DNA of 64,000 nucleotides, taken from the NCBI GenBank assembly GCA_046075565.1, contig JBJTQJ010000082.1:40369-104368 (forward strand). The letters run 5' to 3'. Under the pieces are notes generated by a model. That model was not told the origin of the DNA. It did no database searches and saw nothing but the letters and a program-made list of their open reading frames with translations. Shown piece after piece: positions 18,932-28,349 of the stretch. Position 1 is the first letter of the stretch; every line of letters starts with the position of its first letter. The translations under genes were made by a program, and so were the position numbers. This DNA is from Verrucomicrobiales bacterium. Its GTDB lineage: Bacteria > Verrucomicrobiota > Verrucomicrobiia > Verrucomicrobiales > SLCJ01.

Positions 18932-20305
18932 TCAGACCAGTCCGTGGTAGAACCGGTAGTCACCGCCGGCTGCAAGACGGCCGACGAGCAGGGCCAGTTC
19001 GCGGGCGTGGTAATCGCCCCATTGCGATGATTCGCCTTGCGGGATCTTCTTGCCCGCTGGCACATAATCCCAGCCGTTGGGACGGTGGTAAATGGAATGC
19101 AGGAGCAACCCCTGGTGAGCCGGGTCGCGGGAAAGATACGGGTCGGCCAGCAGCGAACGAGTGACCGTCAGTCCGGCCTGGAAATAGCGTTTTCCGTCTT
19201 CGGTATCCAGTCCGAGGTAACGGCCGAGGCGCAACAATCCCTGGGCGCCGATGGCCGCCGCCGAGGAATCGATCGGCTCGTGATCATTGTCGGGTTCGGA
19301 CGGACGATCGAGATAGTCGCCCAGATGCACCAGACCGGGCGCACCGGTGTCCCAATAAGGAATACCATCAGGCGGAGTATTGGCGATGAAGAAGTCGCAG
19401 GTCGAACGCGCGGCCTTCTCGAAAACAGCGAAGATGTCCTTCCCACCATAAGGTGCGAGTTTTTCCGGTGGCAGGTCACGCAGGAATTCCAGCTCCTCCG
19501 CGAAGCCGACCATGGCCCAAGCCAGGCCGCGGGTCCAGGTGGTGAAACCGGTGTAGCCTTGTTGTGAATTCGGGCAACGGAATTTGCCATCATTCGTGTT
19601 GAAGACACATTCGTGGGCGGTGCGTCCCCACAGGTCGTAGCTATCGCGACCTTCGCCATAGAAAACCGAATACTTTGCGGTCGCGCGTCCGTGGTCGATC
19701 AGACGGCCGAGCATGTCGGTCTCGACATCGCCTTCATCCATGGCCTTGTGGCCTAACAACCAACTGACACCCAAGGCCCGGCACGAGCGGATGGTATCGA
19801 CAAATAGGGAATGCGGGCCGTTGAAGGAATAGATGAACCCGCCGCCGCCGTGGGTTCGTGTCCAGCGCCGGGCCTGGGCCGCTCCGGTGAGCTTGAGCGC
19901 GAGCTGATGGAAGCGCACTTGCCATTCATCGAGCGGGGCTTTGCCTTCGCGCATGAGGCGCAGCAGGTTGCCGTAGGTCGAGACGTTGTTGAACCCATGG
20001 TCGTGCACGCCGAAATGGCTCACGTGCGGTGCCATCAGTTCGAGCGTGTTGCGGAGCGCGTATTCGTGATGCCAGGTCTCGCCAGTGGTGTCGAATTGGA
20101 GTGCGGCCGATCCGAACTGGAAGCCTTGTGTCCACTCCGTCCAACCCCGGGTCGTGTATTTTCCCGCTACCGTGAAGACCGGCGAGCCTTTCGCGGTATC
20201 GTATTCCTTGTCGATGAGCCGGATTTTTTGTCCGGACAATTCCCAAAATTCCGCGAGGGCGGAACTAAGGTCGGCGGGCGCGAGTTTTTGATCGATTTTC
20301 AGCAT
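18932..20305 (-). CDS. Glycoside hydrolase family 88-like (unsaturated glucuronyl hydrolase)
   Basis: WTQGF, HDHGF, WTRGLAW, PYWD, DSSAAAI, WGDY. Confidence 0.82.
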   Translation of the reverse strand: MLKIDQKLAPADLSSALAEFWELSGQKIRLIDKEYDTAKGSPVFTVAGKYTTRGWTEWTQGFQFGSAALQFDTTGETWHHEYALRNTLELMAPHVSHFGVHDHGFNNVSTYGNLLRLMREGKAPLDEWQVRFHQLALKLTGAAQARRWTRTHGGGGFIYSFNGPHSLFVDTIRSCRALGVSWLLGHKAMDEGDVETDMLGRLIDHGRATAKYSVFYGEGRDSYDLWGRTAHECVFNTNDGKFRCPNSQQGYTGFTTWTRGLAWAMVGFAEELEFLRDLPPEKLAPYGGKDIFAVFEKAARSTCDFFIANTPPDGIPYWDTGAPGLVHLGDYLDRPSEPDNDHEPIDSSAAAIGAQGLLRLGRYLGLDTEDGKRYFQAGLTVTRSLLADPYLSRDPAHQGLLLHSIYHRPNGWDYVPAGKKIPQGESSQWGDYHARELALLVGRLAAGGDYRFYHGLV

Positions 20306-20341
20306 GGTGCTTCGGAATGGGTTGGATGGAAGAATGGGAAA

Positions 20342-21160
20342 TCAGAGCTTCGGCAGATGGAATCCTCCATCGAGATAAACAACATCGCCGGTGGTGAACG
20401 GCCAGTCGCCGGAGACGAAGGAGCGAACGGCGCGGCCCACATCTTCAGGCTGGCCCCAGCGTTTCATCGGCACGGTCTGGCCGCCCGCGATGATCGCATC
20501 GTATTTTTCCTTCACGCCACTGGTCATATCGGTTTCCATGATGCCGGGTCGCAATTCGATCACCTGACCGACATCAGCCAGTCGCAACGCCCACAGTCGT
20601 GCGGCCATGGCGAGACCGGCCTTCGAGATGCAATACTCGCCACGGTTCAACGACGCGGTGTCGGCGGAGATCGAGGAAACAAAAACAAACTTGTAGCCAC
20701 CGGCGAGCGGACAATCACCCGGGTGCGCGAGCCAATGCTTGGCCGCCTGTTGGGCGAGGAAATAGGGACCCTTGAGGTTCACTTCCATGACCCGGTCGTA
20801 ACTCGCTTCGGTGGCCTCCGAAATATCCTTCCGTTCCGGTGGAGCGATGCCGGCATTGCTGACGACCGCGTCCACCCGGCCAAGGGCAGTCAATGCCGCT
20901 TCGAACAATCCGGCGCGGGCCACCGCATCGCCCATGTCGGCCTGCAAGACCGGAAACACTTGCTCCGGGCGCTGGGCCTGATTGCGACAATCTTCCGCCG
21001 TCCGCGCAGCCGCCTCGCGGTTGCCCGCACAATGAATGGCCACGCTGAAGCCCGCCGCCGCCAGCTCGAGGGCGATGCCCCGGCCAAGCCCCCGGCTCGC
21101 TCCCGTGACCAATACCGCAGGGATCGTTCCGGCCTTGCCGGTATCATTTTCCACTTTCAT
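20342..21160 (-). CDS. SDR family oxidoreductase
   Basis: TGASRGLG, NAG, YCISK (YxxxK), PGIMETDMT. Confidence 0.9.
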   Translation of the reverse strand: MKVENDTGKAGTIPAVLVTGASRGLGRGIALELAAAGFSVAIHCAGNREAAARTAEDCRNQAQRPEQVFPVLQADMGDAVARAGLFEAALTALGRVDAVVSNAGIAPPERKDISEATEASYDRVMEVNLKGPYFLAQQAAKHWLAHPGDCPLAGGYKFVFVSSISADTASLNRGEYCISKAGLAMAARLWALRLADVGQVIELRPGIMETDMTSGVKEKYDAIIAGGQTVPMKRWGQPEDVGRAVRSFVSGDWPFTTGDVVYLDGGFHLPKL

Positions 21161-21265
21161 TGCATGCAACTTTAACGGGCCACCCGCCCCGTGCAAGTTG
21201 CGTTTTGTGCGCCCAAAGGTGGCAGCCATGGTCCGGCGCCGACAGCCTGGCAAGTGGCTTCGGAC

Positions 21266-21478
21266 TCAATCCTTGAAGATGAACAAGCTGATGGTGAACG
21301 CGGCACCGATGATATAGATGAGGATCAGGTTTGACACAAAATAAGGAAAAAACATCAAGGCACCACCGATCAGCTTCGGCTTGAGCGTATCCTTCACTTT
21401 GCCATAACCGAAGCCGATCATCCCGACCAGACCGAAGAGGAATCCGGCCACAAGTCTGGGAACAAAGTCGGGATCCAT
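21266..21478 (-). CDS. Small conserved membrane protein
   Basis: 70 aa, three hydrophobic segments, YGK and FPYFV; directly downstream of the KH/R3H gene. Confidence 0.7.
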   Translation of the reverse strand: MDPDFVPRLVAGFLFGLVGMIGFGYGKVKDTLKPKLIGGALMFFPYFVSNLILIYIIGAAFTISLFIFKD

Positions 21479-21497
21479 GGGAAAATCGGTTGGAAAC

Positions 21498-21971
21498 TCA
21501 GGATTTACAGGTGCGGGGGCGCACGATGATGCGTTTCAGGCGCTCTTTGGATTCCTCGCTGATCGACTCGACATGCGGATTTTCCTTGAGCGTGTTGTGG
21601 ACGATGCGGCGGTAGTAGGAGTTGAGCGGATTGAGGCGCACGGCTTTCCCGGTATCGCGCACGCGCTCGGCGAGGGCGGTGATCTTTTCGATCATTTCGG
21701 TCTCACGCTGGTTGCGGTAGTGGCCGACATCGACTCGGAAGCGCGGGGCATCGGGATGGCGCTGCAGCAAGAGACGGTTGAGAAGAAATTGGATATCGTC
21801 CAGCCGATCCCCATGACGGCCGATGAGCAGACGGGAGTCGTCGGTGAGGATTTGCAGACCGGGACCCTCGGCGGTTTCCTCGTCTTCGATGGTGGTGTAA
21901 AAACCAAGATGACCGAGCATGGTATCGAGGATGCGGCGTGCGTCTTCGCGGATGGTATCGGGAGAACTCAT
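21498..21971 (-). CDS. khpB: Jag/KhpB-like KH + R3H RNA-binding protein
   Basis: LIGRHGDRLDDIQFL (KH), PLNSYYRRIVH (R3H). Confidence 0.85.
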   Translation of the reverse strand: MSSPDTIREDARRILDTMLGHLGFYTTIEDEETAEGPGLQILTDDSRLLIGRHGDRLDDIQFLLNRLLLQRHPDAPRFRVDVGHYRNQRETEMIEKITALAERVRDTGKAVRLNPLNSYYRRIVHNTLKENPHVESISEESKERLKRIIVRPRTCKS

Positions 21972-22131
21972 ATACTTCCGTGAGGTTGCAGGATTCCAGC
22001 GCTGGCGTCAACCGCAATTCTCGGGCTCTGAAAAGGGGCGGGTGCAGCACAAAAGAGGCGGCTCTTCTGGAAATCGAGTGGAGTTTTGTTGTCTTCGGTT
22101 CGGAGCCACGACACTCGTTCTTTTCTCGACA

Positions 22132-22426
22132 AAATGGGAGTCCGGGCGTCCCGCCCGGAACTTGTCCCGTTCACGGGCAGGATGCCCAATATTGTCGGTC
22201 TAGCACTAGAATTGGCAAAGAGCGATCTGATCTCAGGGCAAGACCGGGAAGGTCTTGCTACGACTCCGATGGGTCCTCAAAGGCCATATTCCCCTGATCG
22301 GCCACGTCGGCCGTAGCAAGAGCGTCTCGCTCTTGCCTTACAAGGATGTGAAAAACAAGAACCCGGAAGACCAAGATTCCTAGCGCTAAACTCACAGTAT
22401 TGGGCAGGATGCCCGTGCTCCCTTTT
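22132..22426. repeat. GGAG-type REP doublet interrupted by a MITE
   Basis: aaaatgggagtccgggcgtcccgcccgga ... cacgggcaggatgcc[insert]cgtgctccctttt. Confidence 0.75.
22187..22402. mobile_element. Putative MITE (216 bp) with imperfect ~27-bp TIRs and 11-bp target duplication; carries GTAG REP doublet copy 3 (22236-22337)
   Basis: Left TIR caatattgtcggtctagcactag, right TIR (reverse complement) caatactgtgagtttagcgctag; GGCAGGATGCC at 22176-22186 and 22403-22413. Confidence 0.75.
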
Positions 22427-22552
22427 CGGCAAATGAGGCCGCAACTCCTCCGCCATGGCCCATCGCTCCAGCAAGCTACGGACACGACCCTACGGGATCG
22501 TGTCCCTCCGTGGATGGAAAGGCGGGGATCCGCGTCAAGTTAAGGGTTATCC

Positions 22553-23173
22553 TTATTGCGGTGGCAGCGCTCGGGTCGGTTGGGTGATATGCGGAGCGCG
22601 GAGGTAGATCGGTTCGATCGCTCCGCTTGCCGGGGCGGCACATGCAGCGCTGCGGGCGAGCCGCACGGCGGAGGGTGGACGTCTGTGCAGGCGCGAATCG
22701 AGTGGCCGCGCGTCGGTGGTGAAGATGGGATCCGTTAGACCGGATAAACGTTCGGTCAATTCCGCCATGGGAAAAATCTCCGCGGGAACCACCAATTGCC
22801 CGTCGCGGATGGTCGCGAGATAGAATCCGTCGCGCCGCGCGTCGCCGACAACATGATAAGCACTTTCATCGGACAAGGTCGAAAGGGAATCGTGCCCGCT
22901 CCAGGGCAAGCCCAGTCCGGTGGCGAGTCCGTGCGCGGCGGCGATGCCGATGCGGATGCCGGTGTAGGAACCGGGACCGGTGCCGACGACAATGTGGTTC
23001 GGCGCCGGGCCATCACGCAGGATGCGGGCGAGGGGATCGAAGACGAGGGAATTGTGCGAGCGCTCGCTCTCGAAGGTATATTCCACGAGCGTCTCGGGCA
23101 CTTGATCGGCATTGAACCGGACCAGTGCAACTTCGCCACGCGGCGTGGATGTATCGAGGGCGAGGATGATCAT
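22553..23173 (-). CDS. tsaB: t6A biosynthesis protein TsaB
   Basis: ILALDTS, GPGSYTGIRIG, DARR, EPIYLR; ATGA overlap with tsaE. Confidence 0.93.
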   Translation of the reverse strand: MIILALDTSTPRGEVALVRFNADQVPETLVEYTFESERSHNSLVFDPLARILRDGPAPNHIVVGTGPGSYTGIRIGIAAAHGLATGLGLPWSGHDSLSTLSDESAYHVVGDARRDGFYLATIRDGQLVVPAEIFPMAELTERLSGLTDPIFTTDARPLDSRLHRRPPSAVRLARSAACAAPASGAIEPIYLRAPHITQPTRALPPQ

Positions 23174-23625
23174 GTTGATGATCCGGACCTCCAGGTTTGC
23201 CAGTCCGATCGGGTTCCCATTTTCGCCGAGCGAATGCCATGGGTCGGCGCATCGATTTCGATCCAAAGGGAATCGCCGGGCAGCGCGTCGGGAAAACGAT
23301 CCGCCCATTCGACGAGGATCAGACCATTTGCGTCCAGCAGGTCGTCCCAACCGAGGCCGACCAGTTCATGCTCCGATTCGAGTCGGTAGAAGTCGAGATG
23401 GAAGACCGGCAAATGCCCGCCCCGGTATTCATGCACGAGCGTGAAGGTCGGGCTGGTGACCAGATCATCTGATCCCGCTCCGGCGGTGATGGCAGCAGCG
23501 AGGGTGGTTTTGCCCGCCCCGAGGGTGCCAACAAGTGCGATGACCTGCCCGGCGCGAGCGGCCGCTCCCAACTCGCGGCCAAAGGCCCGGGTCGCGGATT
23601 GATCAGGTAGAAGCCGGGTGATCAT
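23170..23625 (-). CDS. tsaE: t6A biosynthesis ATPase TsaE
   Basis: GTLGAGKT, VTSPTFTL, HLDFYRL, VEW. Confidence 0.95.
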   Translation of the reverse strand: MITRLLPDQSATRAFGRELGAAARAGQVIALVGTLGAGKTTLAAAITAGAGSDDLVTSPTFTLVHEYRGGHLPVFHLDFYRLESEHELVGLGWDDLLDANGLILVEWADRFPDALPGDSLWIEIDAPTHGIRSAKMGTRSDWQTWRSGSST

Positions 23626-23693
23626 AGGGTTCTTGTCGCGAGCTGTTCTCGCCCAAGCGGTGAATTTGGCCTAATTTCCCCGGCCTGCCAATC

Positions 23694-24737
23694 TCAACCA
23701 TGGAGGCGGGCTTTGATTTGCCAGATGGCCCAGAGGGCGTGTTCGGAGACGAGCGGGTCGGGATCGTCGGCCGCGTTTTCCAGAGCCGGCAAGTCGTCCG
23801 CTCCACCGGTGTTTCCGAGCGCGACGCAGACATTGCGGAGAAAGCGCGGCCTTTTGATGCGCTTGATGGGCGAGCGACGGAAGAGCGAGCGGAAACTTTC
23901 GTCATCGAGCGCGAGGTAATCCCGCAGACCGAGAGCAAAAATACCCTGCCGCGCGTGGTAGGCGGCTTCGGCGGATACGCGCGCGAAGCGGTTCCACGGG
24001 CAAGCGGACAGGCAATCGTCGCATCCGTAGATCCGGTTTCCGAGCAACGGGCGGAGCGATTCGGGAATGGGGCCTTTGTGTTCGATGGTCAGATACGAAA
24101 TACAGCGCCGGGCATCAACGCGGTGAGGTGCGGTAATGGCACCAGTCGGACAGGAGTCGATACAACGAACACATTTTCCGCAATGATCACGCGCGGGCTC
24201 ATCGGGTTCGACCTCGAGGGTGGTCAGGATGACGGCGAGAAAAAACCAGGTGCCGAGCTCGCGGTGGATCTGCACGGTCGATTTTCCATTCCAGCCAAGT
24301 CCGGCGGAACTCGCGTGGTCGCGTTCGAGCACCGGTCCGGTATCAACATAACATCTCTGGGATCCCCCCAAGTCGGTTAGCCGCGCATCAAGCTCGCGCA
24401 AACGCGGTAAGATGAGATCATGGTAGTCATCATTCCATGCGTACCGGGCGATGCGGCCGGTGGCGCGTCCGTCGGCGGGCGAGGGCGGGTATTCACCGGG
24501 AAAGTAATTCACTGCGAGCACGAGTGTGCTACAGCAACCGGGCAGCACGACTCGCGGGTCGGCGCGGCGCTCGGGCTCTCTCTCCATCCAGGCCATTTCA
24601 CCATGGCAACCATCACGCAACCATGTGAGGAACTCATCGGCATGCGGCGCGCGTTCGGCCCGGGCCACGCGGCAATCATCGAACCCGCTGGCGGCGGCCA
24701 GAGATTTGATCTCGCGGGAGAGGGCGCCGGGATCCAT
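23694..24737 (-). CDS. queG: Epoxyqueuosine reductase
   Basis: RYAW.DDYH, DTGPVLER, CGKCVRCIDSCP, GCDDCLSACPWN. Confidence 0.95.
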   Translation of the reverse strand: MDPGALSREIKSLAAASGFDDCRVARAERAPHADEFLTWLRDGCHGEMAWMEREPERRADPRVVLPGCCSTLVLAVNYFPGEYPPSPADGRATGRIARYAWNDDYHDLILPRLRELDARLTDLGGSQRCYVDTGPVLERDHASSAGLGWNGKSTVQIHRELGTWFFLAVILTTLEVEPDEPARDHCGKCVRCIDSCPTGAITAPHRVDARRCISYLTIEHKGPIPESLRPLLGNRIYGCDDCLSACPWNRFARVSAEAAYHARQGIFALGLRDYLALDDESFRSLFRRSPIKRIKRPRFLRNVCVALGNTGGADDLPALENAADDPDPLVSEHALWAIWQIKARLHG

Positions 24738-24752
24738 TTTCGGAATCGGTAA

Positions 24753-25334
24753 TCATTCAGCCTTTCGAATCACCGGGCGATAATGTCCGGTGAGCGGAAA
24801 ATCAAAAAGCCGGTCTTCCTCGCGTGCGCCAGCCCCGATATTATGGATGATGAGCGGGCGGCTTCCATCATCCGAGCGCCGATCGGACACGATCATCACA
24901 TGGGGCAAATGGGGAGGCACGGTGCAGGTCACGATGTCGCCGGGAAGGAATTCGGCGGCCTCTTGTTTCACCGGCCGGCTCCAGCCCTGGCGGGTGAACC
25001 AGACACGAAGATTGGGAACGCGCCGATGATCGATATTGCGGTCCGTCCTCGAGAGTCCCCAGATTTTCGGATAGAGGCCGAAGTTCGCCTTCATGTCTTC
25101 GTGCACGAGTTTCTGCAAGTCCATGGCATGGGCGCGGCGGAACGCGCGGATCACGACATCGGTGCACACCCCGCGCTCGGCAGGCACGTCGCCATTCGGG
25201 TAGGCGAGTTTGACGTAGGCGGGATCATACGATGTGGTCACGCCGACTTGCTCGCGGCCCGCTTCATGCAGGCTGCCTGCAGTTGGGGTCACGGCTAGGC
25301 CAACAAGAGAAAGAAGCCGGAAAATCATTTGCAT
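24753..25334 (-). CDS. DUF1287 (YijF-like) exported protein
   Basis: YDPAY..LAYPNGDVP..GVCTDV, NIDHRRVPNL, IHNIG. Confidence 0.88.
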   Translation of the reverse strand: MQMIFRLLSLVGLAVTPTAGSLHEAGREQVGVTTSYDPAYVKLAYPNGDVPAERGVCTDVVIRAFRRAHAMDLQKLVHEDMKANFGLYPKIWGLSRTDRNIDHRRVPNLRVWFTRQGWSRPVKQEAAEFLPGDIVTCTVPPHLPHVMIVSDRRSDDGSRPLIIHNIGAGAREEDRLFDFPLTGHYRPVIRKAE

Positions 25335-26908
25335 CAGAAGGTAAGTCTCCCGCCGCCCTCGGAGCGCAGGAGGGCATCGGCGATAATGCGATCGATTGGA
25401 TTGCGGGTATCGGTGAAGGGTTTGGCGGCGGCGATGACGGGCGAAAGAATGACTTCCGGTACACGTGTCTGCACGAGCTGGCGGCCGAATCCGAATCCGC
25501 CGCCGAGATTCTGGGAGATAAATCGGTCGAGTGGTTCTTTCGAAGCCATGAGGATGATATTCTGCCGGGCTTCCGGGTTGGCGCGGTGCACGGTGAAGAT
25601 GGCGATATGGGGGAAATGCGCCTTGAGTCCGCCAAGCACGCCGGAGGTCAGTTCACCGGCCGGACCGCGCACGGCGCCGATCACATTCATCATGTAGACA
25701 CCGCGGGGACGAAGTCGTTCAGCAACCAAGCCGAAAAATTCTTCCGTGACGAGATGCGGCGGAATGTAACTGAGCCCGTTGTAAGCATCGCCGAAGATAA
25801 AATCATAGGTGGCGGCGGGCTGGCGAATGAGGAATCCCCGGCCATCGGCGGCGTGGGGTTTGACGCGCGGGGCGCTATCGAGCCGGAAGAATTTCCTTCC
25901 GACTTCGATCACCTCGGGATCAATCTCCGCCACATCGACTTCGGTTTTTTCCCAGCGTGCGGCGAAATGACGTGGCATGCCGAAAGCACCGGCACCGATG
26001 AAGAGGGCGCGCTGGGGCTGGAAGCCGGGATCGTTGGTCAGGACTTCCCAATAGCGCTGGTAGGGAAGAGAGAGGCTGTCATCGGAGAGATTGACCGCGC
26101 CCTCGTCGGTGGAATCGAGCATGAGCACACGGTGACGGGCGCCGTTGACCTCGCGTTCGACCACGCGGATGAGGTGGTAGTAAGTATTGCGGGCGTAAAT
26201 GGTTCCCGGCACGGAAGAGAGAGGAATGGCCAGCGAGATGGCACCGCCTCCGATGGCCGCGATGAGAATGGAAATGGCCGCCTTGCGCGAACCGCCACCG
26301 AACCAGAACGGAAGGGCGAGCAGGCAAAGCGCGATGCCGGTCGCGATGATGATGTGGCGAATGTCGAAATTCGATAACAGGTAGAAGCCCGTGGCGAAGG
26401 TGCCGATGAAACTGCCGAGCGCTCCCATCATGGAGATGAGACCGGCCGAACGCCCCACGGCATGATCGGCGCGCAGCACGCTGAGCAACTTTACTGAATA
26501 CGGACTGACCGCCCCGAGCAGGACTCCCGGAATGAGGAACATGACTGAACTGAGAAAAAGCGGTCCAGCGATCATACGTTGTGGCTCCACCCAACCGGAA
26601 ACCGTATTGGCGAGCGCGGGCATGAGGGTGGTGGCTAGTCCGGCCGTGCCTAACAACACTCCGATCATCGATGGGCGCGGGTTCTTGTCGGCGAGGCGGC
26701 CACCGAAATATCCGCCGGCGGACATGGCCACGAGCACCACGCCGATGAGAGCGGTCCACGTATAGATGGTATTTCCATAAACGGGAGCGATGAGGCGGTT
26801 GCCACTGATCTCGACGATCATGATGGCGGCACCGGCTAAGAAAGCCGCGGTGGGAAACCACGCCGTGGGCAGGGCGCGGACGGGAGCTGATTCGGGAGTG
26901 GTGCTCAT
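25334..26908 (-). CDS. Fused membrane domain / spermidine synthase-like SAM-binding protein
   Basis: 7 N-terminal TM helices; FIGAGAF, VAEID, ADGRGF, FGDAY. Confidence 0.82.
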   Translation of the reverse strand: MSTTPESAPVRALPTAWFPTAAFLAGAAIMIVEISGNRLIAPVYGNTIYTWTALIGVVLVAMSAGGYFGGRLADKNPRPSMIGVLLGTAGLATTLMPALANTVSGWVEPQRMIAGPLFLSSVMFLIPGVLLGAVSPYSVKLLSVLRADHAVGRSAGLISMMGALGSFIGTFATGFYLLSNFDIRHIIIATGIALCLLALPFWFGGGSRKAAISILIAAIGGGAISLAIPLSSVPGTIYARNTYYHLIRVVEREVNGARHRVLMLDSTDEGAVNLSDDSLSLPYQRYWEVLTNDPGFQPQRALFIGAGAFGMPRHFAARWEKTEVDVAEIDPEVIEVGRKFFRLDSAPRVKPHAADGRGFLIRQPAATYDFIFGDAYNGLSYIPPHLVTEEFFGLVAERLRPRGVYMMNVIGAVRGPAGELTSGVLGGLKAHFPHIAIFTVHRANPEARQNIILMASKEPLDRFISQNLGGGFGFGRQLVQTRVPEVILSPVIAAAKPFTDTRNPIDRIIADALLRSEGGGRLTF

Positions 26909-27375
26909 TCCTTGTAAAAGACGAGATTGAGGATGAACCAGCGGTTGTCGCGGCGCAAGAGGGTGAAGTGGTCCCAACCGATGGTAACCTTGTCGCCCTC
27001 GACGAGTTTCCATTTTACCGCGGCTTGGGCGGCACGGCTGTCGGGGCTGATGTGGATTTCCATCCGCTCGGCCGTTTCGACCATGGGAGCAACGGCAGCC
27101 GCGTGGGCCTGGCGTTGCGATTCAATGAATGGCGGCAGCGGCCACGCCACCACACGCCCGCTCTCATCCACAAAATGCACGACCGCTCCTTTTTCAAAGA
27201 GATCCTGGTAGGCGTCGATTCGTTTCTCCGACCAGACTTGGAAATATTTCGTGAGGAAAGCCCGCACATCCTCGATGGCAGGATCGGGTGGAGGCGGCGG
27301 GGCATTCTTCTCACCGCAGGAAATCATCAGGGCGGCGGCGCACAAGACAAGGAGGCGGACGACGATCTGGATCAT
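26905..27375 (-). CDS. NTF2-like lipoprotein
   Basis: Lipobox ISC; C-terminal DHFTLLRRDNRWFI typical of NTF2-like folds. Confidence 0.7.
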   Translation of the reverse strand: MIQIVVRLLVLCAAALMISCGEKNAPPPPPDPAIEDVRAFLTKYFQVWSEKRIDAYQDLFEKGAVVHFVDESGRVVAWPLPPFIESQRQAHAAAVAPMVETAERMEIHISPDSRAAQAAVKWKLVEGDKVTIGWDHFTLLRRDNRWFILNLVFYKE

Positions 27376-27419
27376 GTGAGGAACAATTGCCCCGGATGAT
27401 CGTCCGGGCAAAGCGGGAT

Positions 27420-28292
27420 TTACCGGAAGTCGGCGAGGCGGCGGTTGAATTCGATGGATTTGCCCAAGATCTTGGCCTGCTGGATGATCGGGGAGAAGCG
27501 TTCGATTACTTCCCGGTAGGCTCCCGAGCCGGCTTCGTGGCCGACCCGCAGTAGCCGGCCGATCACGCAGAAAATCTCGCTCTTCTCGCTCTCGAGGATT
27601 GCAAGGCGGGAGTTGATTTCCATGAGCCGGCGACCGGCGTCGGAGACCTCGCGGGTGAGGTTGCGTTCGCGGAGGCTGATACGTCCGCGCAGGTTGTCCA
27701 TCTCCAATTCGATCGCCTTGATTTTTCGTTCGTTCAACCTGGCCTCGCCGCGGAGGTTTTCGACCTCGCGCGCCATGTCCCCGTACTTGTTCTTGGTTTC
27801 CTGGAGATCCTGCCGCACGCCCTCCAGTGTTTGCTCATCGGCATCTTCCCCCTTGAGCACGCTCAACTTGAGTTTCAGACCGTTGAACTTTTTCCTCACC
27901 ATCTCCGCCGCATGGATCAATTCCTGGGTGACCTTGAGCTTTTCTGTCAGCCTTTCCCTTTCCAATTCGAGAAGCGCATCGACACGGTTCAACTGCGTGC
28001 CGAATTGAGTTTCGGGCTCCGCGGCGGCTTCTTGCGCGCGTTTCAACTCCTCGGTGGCGGCCTCGAGTTCCTGCTCGAGTTTCGTTTGTTCCGCGTCGAG
28101 TTGTCGGATGCGCCAGTATTCGTTGGTCAGTTCCTCGACATGCTCGAGTTCTCGCCAAGCCATTTTGCCGATCAGCGTCTCGGCTTCCTTGAGCAGGATG
28201 CTCTCTTCGGTCGCATTACGCAGGTAGAGGCGCGGCGCCACCACCCCCAGACGGGCGGCGATTTTTCGGGCGAAATATTCCAGACCTTTCAT
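27420..28292 (-). CDS. Hypothetical coiled-coil protein
   Basis: E/K/L/R-rich heptad pattern across about 290 aa. Confidence 0.75.
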   Translation of the reverse strand: MKGLEYFARKIAARLGVVAPRLYLRNATEESILLKEAETLIGKMAWRELEHVEELTNEYWRIRQLDAEQTKLEQELEAATEELKRAQEAAAEPETQFGTQLNRVDALLELERERLTEKLKVTQELIHAAEMVRKKFNGLKLKLSVLKGEDADEQTLEGVRQDLQETKNKYGDMAREVENLRGEARLNERKIKAIELEMDNLRGRISLRERNLTREVSDAGRRLMEINSRLAILESEKSEIFCVIGRLLRVGHEAGSGAYREVIERFSPIIQQAKILGKSIEFNRRLADFR

Positions 28293-28349
28293 GCGTCGGG
28301 GCAAGTTGCACCGGACTGGCGGCGCGTCAATCGATGGATTGTCATGACA

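Noticed and set aside
27420-28292. SMC or defence-system component
   Set aside because: Coiled coil only; no ATPase motifs or partner genes.
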